Source: Candidatus Saccharimonadota bacterium (GTDB lineage: Bacteria; Patescibacteriota; Saccharimonadia; Saccharimonadales; UBA4665). Taken from it: 64,000 bases of DNA. The DNA lies in contig JAQBRP010000008.1 in the NCBI GenBank assembly GCA_028286405.1, positions 2,958 through 66,957 on the forward strand, given 5' to 3'. How positions within the stretch are numbered: position 1 is the first letter of the stretch; each line of letters starts with the position of its first letter. The translations under genes and the position numbers were made by a program. This document shows, one piece after another, positions 17,905 through 24,978 of the stretch. Below the pieces are notes generated by a model, which was not told the origin of the DNA, did not search any database, and saw only the letters and a list, made by a program, of their open reading frames with translations.

Positions 17905-18580
17905 TTAAACGCGAACGAGCTCAATTGCCTTGGCGGTACTGTTAACTGAGGGGAATGTAAAACTAAAGCCAACACCGTTTTCCAGTTCTCTTAGAATTGT
18001 GTCGGTATGCTCGATTTGCCGTAGGCTTCGCAACGGGCCTAGGCGGGCCATGCCTCCGGGTTTTAATACTCGCAGTATTTCTGAATAGCCGTCAACGTGT
18101 GCACCATTACTGCCGCCACAGTCATAAAGACATGTCGGAAACGCCCATGTAGATGTAACTCGGTCGAAGCTAGCATTACGGAACGGCAGCCTCTGTGCTA
18201 GTCCTGCGGCTGCGACACGACTTGCGACGTAGCTTGTGTAGCCCTCGCCCTCCATTTCCATAGTTTCTTCAATACCCGATAGAATACCGACTTGCTTTAT
18301 ACTCTTTTACATTAGACGAGTTGTAAGCCCAGTCGGCGAATTGAGGGTTTAAGTTTATGACCTTAGGCTTCTCCGAATCGTCTTCGAATAACGCGTGTAT
18401 AGAGCGCGCAATACCTTCAAAGCCGGATCCAATATCCAGCACCAGCTCTGTGTTTGCAAAAAAGTCTTTGCGCTCATTTGTACTCCAGTCGGCCATACCC
18501 ATGTCCCAGAATGGCGTCTCCAAGTCACCTGAAAAGACAGTCGGAGTTCTATAGGCAGCGGTGGCGGGATATTCGGACAT
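17905..18580 (-). pseudogene. class I SAM-dependent methyltransferase, disrupted (stop plus frameshift)
   Basis: The upstream ORF carries motif I (VLDIGSG). The downstream ORF carries LPF.NASFD and LRVLKPGG. They are separated by a TGA at 18269-18271 and lie in different frames. Confidence 0.55.
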
Positions 18581-18794
18581 TTTGATTAAAATACCATAAA
18601 TTAATACCTTTGTAAATTATGCCAGCGCCTCCTTGATTATGTGTAACCCGCGACAAAGACCAAGTACCCCAAATCATTGAAATCATCAAAGAAGTCCATC
18701 CATACGAAGAAGTCGTTATAGATGTCTATCCCTTGCGGCAGTTGTGACGTCCTTATGCTTGCAACCTAAGAACAAATATTCATACTTAGACCTA

Positions 18795-19046
18795 ATGATC
18801 GAAACTTCAAGGTTCCTAAGCCCCGACGATCGCCTAGAACACCACGGCGACCTCATGGAAGCCCTAATCCGTCAGAACGGCGGCGCAATACACATGAGTA
18901 AACTGTTATGCTCCGACGCACTCGGCAACCACATGACAGATGGGGATATCAAGGAAGCGTTCGGCCACGGGCTTAAAACCCTCCGCTTCGACTTTGAGCA
19001 GATCGATGCAGACGAGGCTGCGGTATTCCTTATAACCAATGACTAG
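18795..19046 (+). CDS. hypothetical protein
   Basis: Start placed at the ATG at 18795 (CATACT 8 nt upstream). No family recognised. Confidence 0.35.
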   Translation: MIETSRFLSPDDRLEHHGDLMEALIRQNGGAIHMSKLLCSDALGNHMTDGDIKEAFGHGLKTLRFDFEQIDADEAAVFLITND

Positions 19047-19483
19047 CTCGAATGCTCATCTCCATTCGGCTCAAACTCCACCGTCCACTCAATACCAAAT
19101 TTGTCTCTAAACATCCCAAAATACGTATCCCAGGGGCTATCGCCCATAGGCACTTCAATCGTTCCGCCTACAGTAAGTCCGTTGAATATGCTGTCAGCTT
19201 CTGGACGACTTTCGGCGTAGACCGATATTTTAGACCTGTTTTCATTTTCATTTACTGGACCCATACTTTCAGGAACATCATTGGCTATTAAAGTATTTCC
19301 ACCAATAGGCAACGTAATACGCATGATTTTATCTGCTTCGCTTTCTGGGACAGGGAACTCTGAACTTTCAAGATCTTTGAAGCGCACTATGCTTGCGAAC
19401 TCCCCACCAAACACCGATTTGTAAAAATTGAAGGCTTCTTCGGCATTTCCGTTGAAGTTAATGTAAGGATTGATAGTCGCCAT
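19043..19483 (-). CDS. VOC family protein (PhnB/glyoxalase-like)
   Basis: INPYINFNGNAEEAF.FYKSVFGGE N-terminus is typical of PhnB-like VOC proteins. Start placed at the ATG at 19483, which has an AAGGGGA Shine-Dalgarno. Confidence 0.75.
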   Translation of the reverse strand: MATINPYINFNGNAEEAFNFYKSVFGGEFASIVRFKDLESSEFPVPESEADKIMRITLPIGGNTLIANDVPESMGPVNENENRSKISVYAESRPEADSIFNGLTVGGTIEVPMGDSPWDTYFGMFRDKFGIEWTVEFEPNGDEHSS

Positions 19484-19548
19484 TAGATTATTCCCCTTAG
19501 TAAACATTTAGTTTCATTCCTATTTTAGCAAGCATATCTCGTTTTATC

Positions 19549-19642
19549 ACAGTTATAATTTCCTCTATCGTTGTGAGTCATTACGCTAATGCTTAAAAGA
19601 CTCCTGCTCCGCCGCTGTGCGAACGGAAGTCTTTTTGTTTTG
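19549..19642 (+). repeat. cassette junction module J2: 35-nt motif plus homologous terminator with an expanded loop
   Basis: ACAGTTATAATTTCCTCTATCGTTGTGAGTCA, then GCTTAAAAGACTCC...GGAAGTCTTTTTGTTTT. Confidence 0.65.
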
Positions 19643-19706
19643 ATTACGCTTGCACTCTTGCATCAAAAGCGTATAAATATTGACAATCTAACTGCAGAGG
19701 ATACAT

Positions 19707-20279
19707 ATGAGACGATTTGCCGAGTGCGATGCAGTACTCTCAGCTCCAACAGAAGGAATAAACGACTACCTAGCTCGGCTAAATGCTAACGAAGAGCACC
19801 CTGAACTATTGTTAGCGGTAGATGCAATAAAGGTTTTTGAAGGTGAACGCCAGGGCACCGGCAAATACTACGATGAAAACGGCCCTGGTAATGCGAGGTA
19901 CCTCGGAGACTTTACAGGTTGGGCTATGAAGCCTGTGCTTGAAGCCGTCTATAAGCCTGACTTTTCAAGTAGTGTAGTGCTCGGTTATGATGGAAGGCGC
20001 TTTAAATCCATCTGGCTATTAGGAGGTACGCTTAGTCTTAAGGGCGAGGTAGAGATAGGGGACGCTAATGATGAACTCCTAGAAGCATTGAATGACCCAG
20101 AAGGATTAGATGTAAGCACTATAAAGATGTATAAGCCACGTCGTGCGCGTCGCTTCGCGTCTGAGCCAGTTCTTATGGCATATGAAGAGAACAGGGTACA
20201 GAAGGAATTGTTCAACCCAGATATTGCACGGTATCCAAGGCTTGCCTTGTCTGGATTTCGTTCTCCCGGCGACGTCTAG
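19707..20279 (+). CDS. hypothetical protein
   Basis: 190-aa ORF with a GAGGA Shine-Dalgarno. No family recognised. Confidence 0.45.
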   Translation: MRRFAECDAVLSAPTEGINDYLARLNANEEHPELLLAVDAIKVFEGERQGTGKYYDENGPGNARYLGDFTGWAMKPVLEAVYKPDFSSSVVLGYDGRRFKSIWLLGGTLSLKGEVEIGDANDELLEALNDPEGLDVSTIKMYKPRRARRFASEPVLMAYEENRVQKELFNPDIARYPRLALSGFRSPGDV

Positions 20280-20315
20280 GATACGTCCAGACCCACCGTT
20301 AAATCTCGCTTTATT

Positions 20316-20431
20316 ACGGTTATGACTTCCCCTATCGTTGTGAGCCGAGCTGTACGCCAAAGCTAGTCCGAATGGTTCACCGGCCCAAAAAGACTTCTTA
20401 GGAAGTCTTTTTGTCTTGCTATAGTTAAGGG
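20316..20431 (+). repeat. cassette junction module J3: 35-nt motif, terminator and orphan TTGCTATAGTTAAG promoter
   Basis: ACGGTTATGACTTCCCCTATCGTTGTGAGCCGAG; terminator AAAAAGACTTC-TTAG-GAAGTCTTTTT at 20387-20414; TGcTATAGT at 20417-20425 with no ORF behind it. Confidence 0.65.
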
Positions 20432-20448
20432 CTGAAAAGGTCGAGATA

Positions 20449-20877
20449 TTATTCGTTAGATTGACAGTCTTGGCAGTACCCATCCACCTCGAACTGGTGA
20501 CGGCGTGGCTGAAAGCCGAACTTCTTTGCCACATCCTGGATAAACTCGTCAATGTGGGTTTCGTCTTCAATATCAATAACCTTGCCGCAGCGCAGGCAGC
20601 TCAGGTGGTGGTGGTGTCCGGTAAATTCATCTGACAGCTCGATTTTATACTTCCAGCCGATATAGATACGGTGGGCAATACCAAGTTTTTCAAACAGATC
20701 AATGTTTCGATAGATTGTCACGCGATCGACTTGGCCGTCGGCCTTCATTAAAATTTCATTAAGTGATTGCGGCTCAGAGTGAAGAAGAAGCCTGAAAGTA
20801 GCTTCACGAGCTTTGGTAATTTGGTGGCCTTGATTCTTCAGAATCAACCTAAGCTTGGCAAGTTCATCAATTGGCAT
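20449..20877 (-). CDS. Fur family transcriptional regulator (Fur/Zur/PerR)
   Basis: Winged-helix N-terminus, HHHHL.C..CG and C..C metal-site motifs. Confidence 0.85.
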   Translation of the reverse strand: MPIDELAKLRLILKNQGHQITKAREATFRLLLHSEPQSLNEILMKADGQVDRVTIYRNIDLFEKLGIAHRIYIGWKYKIELSDEFTGHHHHLSCLRCGKVIDIEDETHIDEFIQDVAKKFGFQPRRHQFEVDGYCQDCQSNE

Positions 20878-20893
20878 GTTTCAACTTTACTCC

Positions 20894-20914
20894 AATTTGC
20901 AACAGAATTGCAAT
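20894..20914. promoter_or_regulatory. candidate operator (tandem TTGCAA-containing repeat) in the fur divergent intergenic region
   Basis: AATTTGCAACAGAATTGCAAT lies between fur (-) and the 20943 operon (+). Confidence 0.3.
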
Positions 20915-20942
20915 GTTTTTCACTCCGCCGTAGTGTAGAGGC

Positions 20943-21788
20943 ATGACAGAAGTATTCACCCAATCACACGCCGAAGACGCCATAGCGCGAACCAATGATT
21001 TCTTGCTACAAGAACGCGACACCGGACTGGATGGCGATTTTGCCAGCCAACAGGTAGCCGGACGCGTGGAATCCGTTCGGGATCGAGCACGTGACCTACT
21101 TGAGTCAGTGCCACACCCCAAACTAGATGGTCTCTATATACCGCTGAGTAAACATAATGCTGGTCGCTTCGATGAAGCTGCGACCGTATTGCCTGGCTAC
21201 CTTGTATTGGTACCCTCGGCCATGGTCGAGACTGGCACCTCGGTATTTTATCCAGCAGTAGTCAGCGAAGACGGCTTCAAGCACAATGCACTGCGCTTGC
21301 ATGTTTTAAAGCAGCCTTACCGTCAACAAGTTCGTTACGGTGCATCTGTAATACTTTCCGCTGCCGGGCAAGCTGAAACAGCGGGCATCGGTGATCACGG
21401 CCGTCAGTCTAATGACGGCGTCGAAGTTGAGCACTTTGCTACATTGCTCGCCGCCGGCAGCGATCCTGCAGTGCAACAAGCTTGGCGTTCTGGTGAGCAC
21501 GTTAATCACGCTTGGCGACAACAGCGTAGCAGCTCAGTCACGACTGAGGTATCGAATCGCTTGTTTGGTAACGATATCCCGCAAGCCACCATTACAATTT
21601 CTAAACAGCAAATCGAAGAAGGTAGCGCCATGCTACTCTGGCACCGCGGCATGCAGGACGAGCAAAGCGGCCAACCAGAATCGGCTACACAACATAACGC
21701 GCTACTGGTCGTGCAGGGGCTCGGCTTTGAAGCCCTCAGCAATGCTAACCCTCGCGGCATTGATGACATTCGGAGACTCATTGCATGA
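20943..21788 (+). CDS. hypothetical protein
   Basis: 281-aa ORF divergent from fur. TAGTGT 6 nt before the ATG. ATGA overlap with the next gene. Confidence 0.5.
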   Translation: MTEVFTQSHAEDAIARTNDFLLQERDTGLDGDFASQQVAGRVESVRDRARDLLESVPHPKLDGLYIPLSKHNAGRFDEAATVLPGYLVLVPSAMVETGTSVFYPAVVSEDGFKHNALRLHVLKQPYRQQVRYGASVILSAAGQAETAGIGDHGRQSNDGVEVEHFATLLAAGSDPAVQQAWRSGEHVNHAWRQQRSSSVTTEVSNRLFGNDIPQATITISKQQIEEGSAMLLWHRGMQDEQSGQPESATQHNALLVVQGLGFEALSNANPRGIDDIRRLIA

Positions 21789-22198
21789 AAAGCGCCGAAG
21801 CAGCCCCTGCTATGGTCGATGATGTCTTCTCACTTGAGGGCAGCTTTGACATTAATGCCGCCTTTCAAGAAGCCATGAAGGGCGTTATTAGTGACGAAGA
21901 AATAGCCCTGGAGGAAAAAGTCCGCCGCATGGAAGTCATTGTCGCGGAAGGCAGTTCTGAAACGTACCGCAACTTTGTTGACTTTAGGGCTATGGCAACA
22001 CAAATGGAAATGGCCTGCATGCACGATCACAATCTGCATGATGCGACCGATGCTAGTGAGTCACTTAGTGGCTTTCGAGATCTGCATAGTAGTGAAGACG
22101 GGCATGGTCACGGCAAGCATGACGAAGAAAATGACAAGAAGAAGGGCAAAAAGAAGAAAAAGAAGCGCGGGTGGTTCTACATTCTGCTAGACGACTAG
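21785..22198 (+). CDS. hypothetical protein with a His-rich and poly-Lys C-terminus
   Basis: 137 aa; contains HSSEDGHGHGKHDEENDKKKGKKKKKKRGW. Translationally coupled to the upstream gene. Confidence 0.5.
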   Translation: MKSAEAAPAMVDDVFSLEGSFDINAAFQEAMKGVISDEEIALEEKVRRMEVIVAEGSSETYRNFVDFRAMATQMEMACMHDHNLHDATDASESLSGFRDLHSSEDGHGHGKHDEENDKKKGKKKKKKRGWFYILLDD

Positions 22199-22202
22199 TC
22201 CT

Positions 22203-22745
22203 ATGAAATACAAAACCCTAGTAGTGTTGGTTGCCTGCGTGGCGGTTGGAGGATATTGGCTGTACGGACAATCGTACAAGCCAGTCGTTCACAACTCCGA
22301 GTTAACGCTGGCATCACTTAATTACTGTGCGGGCGAAAAGACTAAGACAGTGATTGTGAGTGTAGCCAAACGCCATCTATGGGCCTGTGAAGGCAACAAG
22401 CAACAGTACATATCACCAGTTATTACTGGCTATGTGGGCAATGCTGTCAATCTTACGCCAATTGGGACCTACGAGATTTATGCCAAGCAAACCGACCGAG
22501 ATCTCAAAGGTTCGGACAATAAGGGCAGTTGGAATGAGCACGTAGACTACTGGATGCCGTTTTTGTATAACCAGTACGGTGCCTACGGCTTTCACGATGC
22601 AGAATGGCGACAGCAGGATGATTTTGGGAAGATTAGCTCAAATAGCGTCAATGCATCGCATGGATGCGTAGAACTACCCGATAAAGCTTCTACTTGGCTC
22701 TACAAATGGAGCGAAATCGGCACCGTAGTCAAAATAGTTAACTAA
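22203..22745 (+). CDS. L,D-transpeptidase (YkuD family)
   Basis: N-terminal TM helix. YGFHD...SHGCVELP catalytic motif. Confidence 0.8.
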   Translation: MKYKTLVVLVACVAVGGYWLYGQSYKPVVHNSELTLASLNYCAGEKTKTVIVSVAKRHLWACEGNKQQYISPVITGYVGNAVNLTPIGTYEIYAKQTDRDLKGSDNKGSWNEHVDYWMPFLYNQYGAYGFHDAEWRQQDDFGKISSNSVNASHGCVELPDKASTWLYKWSEIGTVVKIVN

Positions 22746-22803
22746 GTGTCTCATTCAACTCCTTAAAATAGTTCCAGACCACTATGCTTGGTACACTAGA
22801 AGC

Positions 22804-23013
22804 ATGCAAAAAATAGCAACGCGAATATTTATCTTCGCTTCTATCACATTCGGTATTATAGGAATATTAGTAGTACTAACGGCCTCAGGTCCCGACAAGC
22901 CAGACTCCAATCTAAGCCAAATATTTATACGACTTCTTTTCATAAATGTGTTTATTATCCTGCCATCTTTTGCGCTCAGCATTGCCGGTAAGTACCTAGA
23001 CGGCAAATCGTAA
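22804..23013 (+). CDS. small hydrophobic membrane protein
   Basis: 69 aa with two predicted TM helices; AT-rich codons. Confidence 0.4.
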   Translation: MQKIATRIFIFASITFGIIGILVVLTASGPDKPDSNLSQIFIRLLFINVFIILPSFALSIAGKYLDGKS

Positions 23014-23057
23014 CTAAAAGATCCTCCAGTTCGGGGTACGCCCCAGGGGTCACATTA

Positions 23058-23085
23058 TTGACATTTCACAGTTTTATGCTAATAT
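23058..23085 (+). promoter_or_regulatory. near-consensus sigma70 promoter
   Basis: TTGACA (23058-23063), a 16-nt spacer, then TGcTAATAT (-10 at 23080-23085). Confidence 0.65.
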
Positions 23086-23124
23086 GTACTCGTCTCACCG
23101 GGGTTTAGCCCCTTGATGCACATT

Positions 23125-23136
23125 ACAGAGTAGAGA
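23125..23136. repeat. left copy of an exact 12-nt inverted repeat, ACAGAGTAGAGA
   Basis: Its reverse complement occurs at 23711-23722. Confidence 0.85.
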
Positions 23137-23137
23137 G

Positions 23138-23194
23138 ACTTTTGACAGGCAAAGAGCTTATTTAAAGAAGTAGGTTCTTTGCCTAGTCAAAAGT
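23138..23194 (+). other. long interrupted hairpin in the 5' leader of the GC-rich ORF
   Basis: ACTTTTGAC-AGGCAAAGA pairs with TCTTTGCCT-(A)-GTCAAAAGT around a ~20-nt loop. Confidence 0.6.
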
Positions 23195-23229
23195 ATTGAC
23201 TACGAGCACGGAAAGAAGGGAAGCTCACC

Positions 23230-23640
23230 ATGCACAAGATCATTCTTGTCATTGGCGAAGTCACCCGCGACCAATACCAGGAGCTCCGCATCCTGGTGCT
23301 GCACGAGGGCCACCTGCCCAAGATCGTCCGGCTCAGTGCCGACGAGTTCTTCCTCGACTCCGAGAGCCTGTGGAGGCTGTACGCGACTCCCGAGCAGAAG
23401 GAGCACGAGCTGCATCTGGCGATGCACGGTTCCACCCAGGAGGAGGACGAAGCGTCCATAGGACTCACCCAGTCGATGGCCGCGCAGCACCTCCAGGCCT
23501 ACGACGGTCTTCACTCCGTGCTGCTCGGCAGTGACGTCGTGGACCAGTACCACCCACTTGATTGGATGGGCAGCGCTCTGGCAGGACTGGACTGTCCAGT
23601 CTGGACGCTCGAGGGTGACGGCCTCCTGGTCATCGGCTGA
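23230..23640 (+). CDS. hypothetical protein, compositionally foreign (GC3-rich)
   Basis: 136-aa ORF. 34 of the first 40 codons end in G/C (hand count). AAGGGA-type RBS. ORFs of 60 aa or more are open in 5 of 6 frames here, and the frame was chosen by third-position bias. Confidence 0.6.
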   Translation: MHKIILVIGEVTRDQYQELRILVLHEGHLPKIVRLSADEFFLDSESLWRLYATPEQKEHELHLAMHGSTQEEDEASIGLTQSMAAQHLQAYDGLHSVLLGSDVVDQYHPLDWMGSALAGLDCPVWTLEGDGLLVIG

Positions 23641-23652
23641 CATGCCCTTCGT

Positions 23653-23691
23653 GGGTGACCGACAGATTGCAACTTGACCTGTCGGTCACCC
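23653..23691 (+). terminator. perfect 13-bp hairpin downstream of the GC-rich ORF (no U-tract)
   Basis: GGGTGACCGACAG, a 13-nt loop, then CTGTCGGTCACCC. It could be a terminator or a protein-binding inverted repeat. Confidence 0.45.
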
Positions 23692-23710
23692 ACCGCGCTC
23701 TCCATGCCAA

Positions 23711-23722
23711 TCTCTACTCTGT
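23711..23722. repeat. right copy of the exact 12-nt inverted repeat, TCTCTACTCTGT
   Basis: Reverse complement of 23125-23136. Confidence 0.85.
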
Positions 23723-23835
23723 CCCCAACCCAAGTTTTGATACTTTTTCAAGGTTTAGTTTGGGGTCAAAAGTTCTAAGTTCGCCCACTGCACCCTCAGG
23801 TTATCAATGAGGTAAATTCGAAGATAGGTGAGTTC

Positions 23836-24114
23836 CTAGGCTAGCGGCCACTTGCCAGTCTTCTGGCGGTGGATACAACCAGCCCAGCAGCATGGTCGGC
23901 GCTTGCCCTCGGCTAGTTCTGTGTGCGTCCGCATAACTCTGCGGTCTCTGGTTTCAAAAAGTTTGGCCGACTCCACCCAGCAAATCCATTCGTTGCGGGC
24001 CAGCGGTGTAATGTCGTTCCAGGCGGCTAGCGCTTTGGTGTCAGCGGTCAACGCTTTTCGTAAATCGGCCGGCAATTTGTGCCAGGTACCGCTAGGAATT
24101 TGTAGTTTGTTCAT
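23836..24114 (-). CDS. YdeI/OmpD-associated family protein
   Basis: 92 aa with LP.DL..AL......W....P..R.EWI.W......ETR..R pattern typical of the YdeI C-terminal domain. Confidence 0.7.
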   Translation of the reverse strand: MNKLQIPSGTWHKLPADLRKALTADTKALAAWNDITPLARNEWICWVESAKLFETRDRRVMRTHTELAEGKRRPCCWAGCIHRQKTGKWPLA

Positions 24115-24171
24115 GTGGCTACTAGTATACTTAACTTAGGCACAATATATTGCTAAGCGAGGGGAGCATGT

Positions 24172-24915
24172 ATGGCACAAACACCAGACTTTACCGGTCT
24201 CAAAGCACTCTTTATTAACTGTTCAATTAAAAAAGATAAGTCCCAGTCGCACACCCAACGACTCATGGATAAAGTGGCACATATTATGACAAGCCAGGGC
24301 GTAGCCGTGGAGCAAATCTATGCGCTTGACCACGCCATAGCCTTCGGCATGATTAAAGACGGGGCCGATGAAGGCCAAAAAGACGACTGGCCCAGCATTC
24401 AAAAAAAGATTATGGCCGCCGACATACTGGTGATTGGTACGCCAATTTGGCTGGGCGTAAAGTCGAGCGTCGCTACCCAAGTTATTGAGCGTATGTATGC
24501 CTATAGCGGTGACCGCAACGATAAAGGTCAGTACCGGTACTACGGCAAAGCTGGCGGCTGCATTATAACCGGCAACGAAGACGGCATTAAGCACTGCGCC
24601 ATGGACATTTTGTACGCTCTGCAGCACATCGGTTACATGGTGCCCCCGCAAGCCGATTGCGGCTGGATTGGCGAAGCCGGTCCCGGCCCGAGCTACGGCG
24701 ATACCGAGTGGGACGGCCAGCCAATTGGCGACGGCAAAACTCCCATGGGCTACAACAACGACTTCACCAATCGCAACGCGACCTTCATGGCCTGGAACTT
24801 AATGCACACCGCTAGCATGCTTAAAGCTAATGGCGGCATCCCGGCAGTCGGCAACACAACCGAAGATTGGGAACATGTCACCAACGCTAAGAGCGACAAC
24901 CCCGAATACCAATAG
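24172..24915 (+). CDS. flavodoxin-like NAD(P)H-dependent FMN reductase family protein
   Basis: ALFINCS...ADILVIGTPIWLG..SS....VIER motifs of the flavodoxin-fold reductases. Confidence 0.7.
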   Translation: MAQTPDFTGLKALFINCSIKKDKSQSHTQRLMDKVAHIMTSQGVAVEQIYALDHAIAFGMIKDGADEGQKDDWPSIQKKIMAADILVIGTPIWLGVKSSVATQVIERMYAYSGDRNDKGQYRYYGKAGGCIITGNEDGIKHCAMDILYALQHIGYMVPPQADCGWIGEAGPGPSYGDTEWDGQPIGDGKTPMGYNNDFTNRNATFMAWNLMHTASMLKANGGIPAVGNTTEDWEHVTNAKSDNPEYQ

Positions 24916-24978
24916 GCAGGGCTCTACTCTACCCGTCGCCTTGCGTACTAGTTAATAACTTATTGCTATACTAGCCGT

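Larger units (their letters stand above)
8615..20430. mobile_element. tRNA-Asn-anchored genomic island / tandem cassette array (no integrase seen)
   Basis: Begins at the tRNA-Asn 3' end. Contains exact 19-nt and 17-nt repeats of the tRNA end plus several decayed copies, all in the same orientation. Small unrelated accessory genes of mixed composition, with repeated junction modules. Confidence 0.6.

Noticed and set aside
18255-18275. TGA recoding (alternative genetic code) to read through the split methyltransferase.
   Set aside because: The two halves are in different reading frames, so read-through alone would not join them. TGA clearly terminates other genes, for example at 21786-21788 and 23638-23640.
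8615-20430. Classical integron.
   Set aside because: No IntI-type integrase or attI is visible. The conserved junction motif does not form the imperfect palindromic attC structure with RYYYAAC/GTTRRRY cores. The cassettes carry their own promoters, unlike typical integron cassettes.
23187-23705. Multiple overlapping ORFs in other frames and on the other strand of the GC-rich block (23196-23534 +, 23246-23461 +, 23187-23468 -, 23200-23643 -, 23511-23705 -).
   Set aside because: Open frames are expected in GC-rich DNA because stop codons are rare there. Only the 23230-23640 frame shows strong third-position G/C bias and an upstream RBS. The 147-aa antisense ORF is mentioned only as part of the inversion hypothesis.
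23125-23722. Retron-like ncRNA: a 12-nt a1/a2-style inverted repeat with a G immediately after the left copy, downstream of a strong promoter.
   Set aside because: The repeats are ~575 nt apart, far longer than the msr-msd regions I know of. The interval is a coding-looking GC3-biased ORF. No reverse transcriptase ORF follows; the next gene is a convergent ydeI-like gene.
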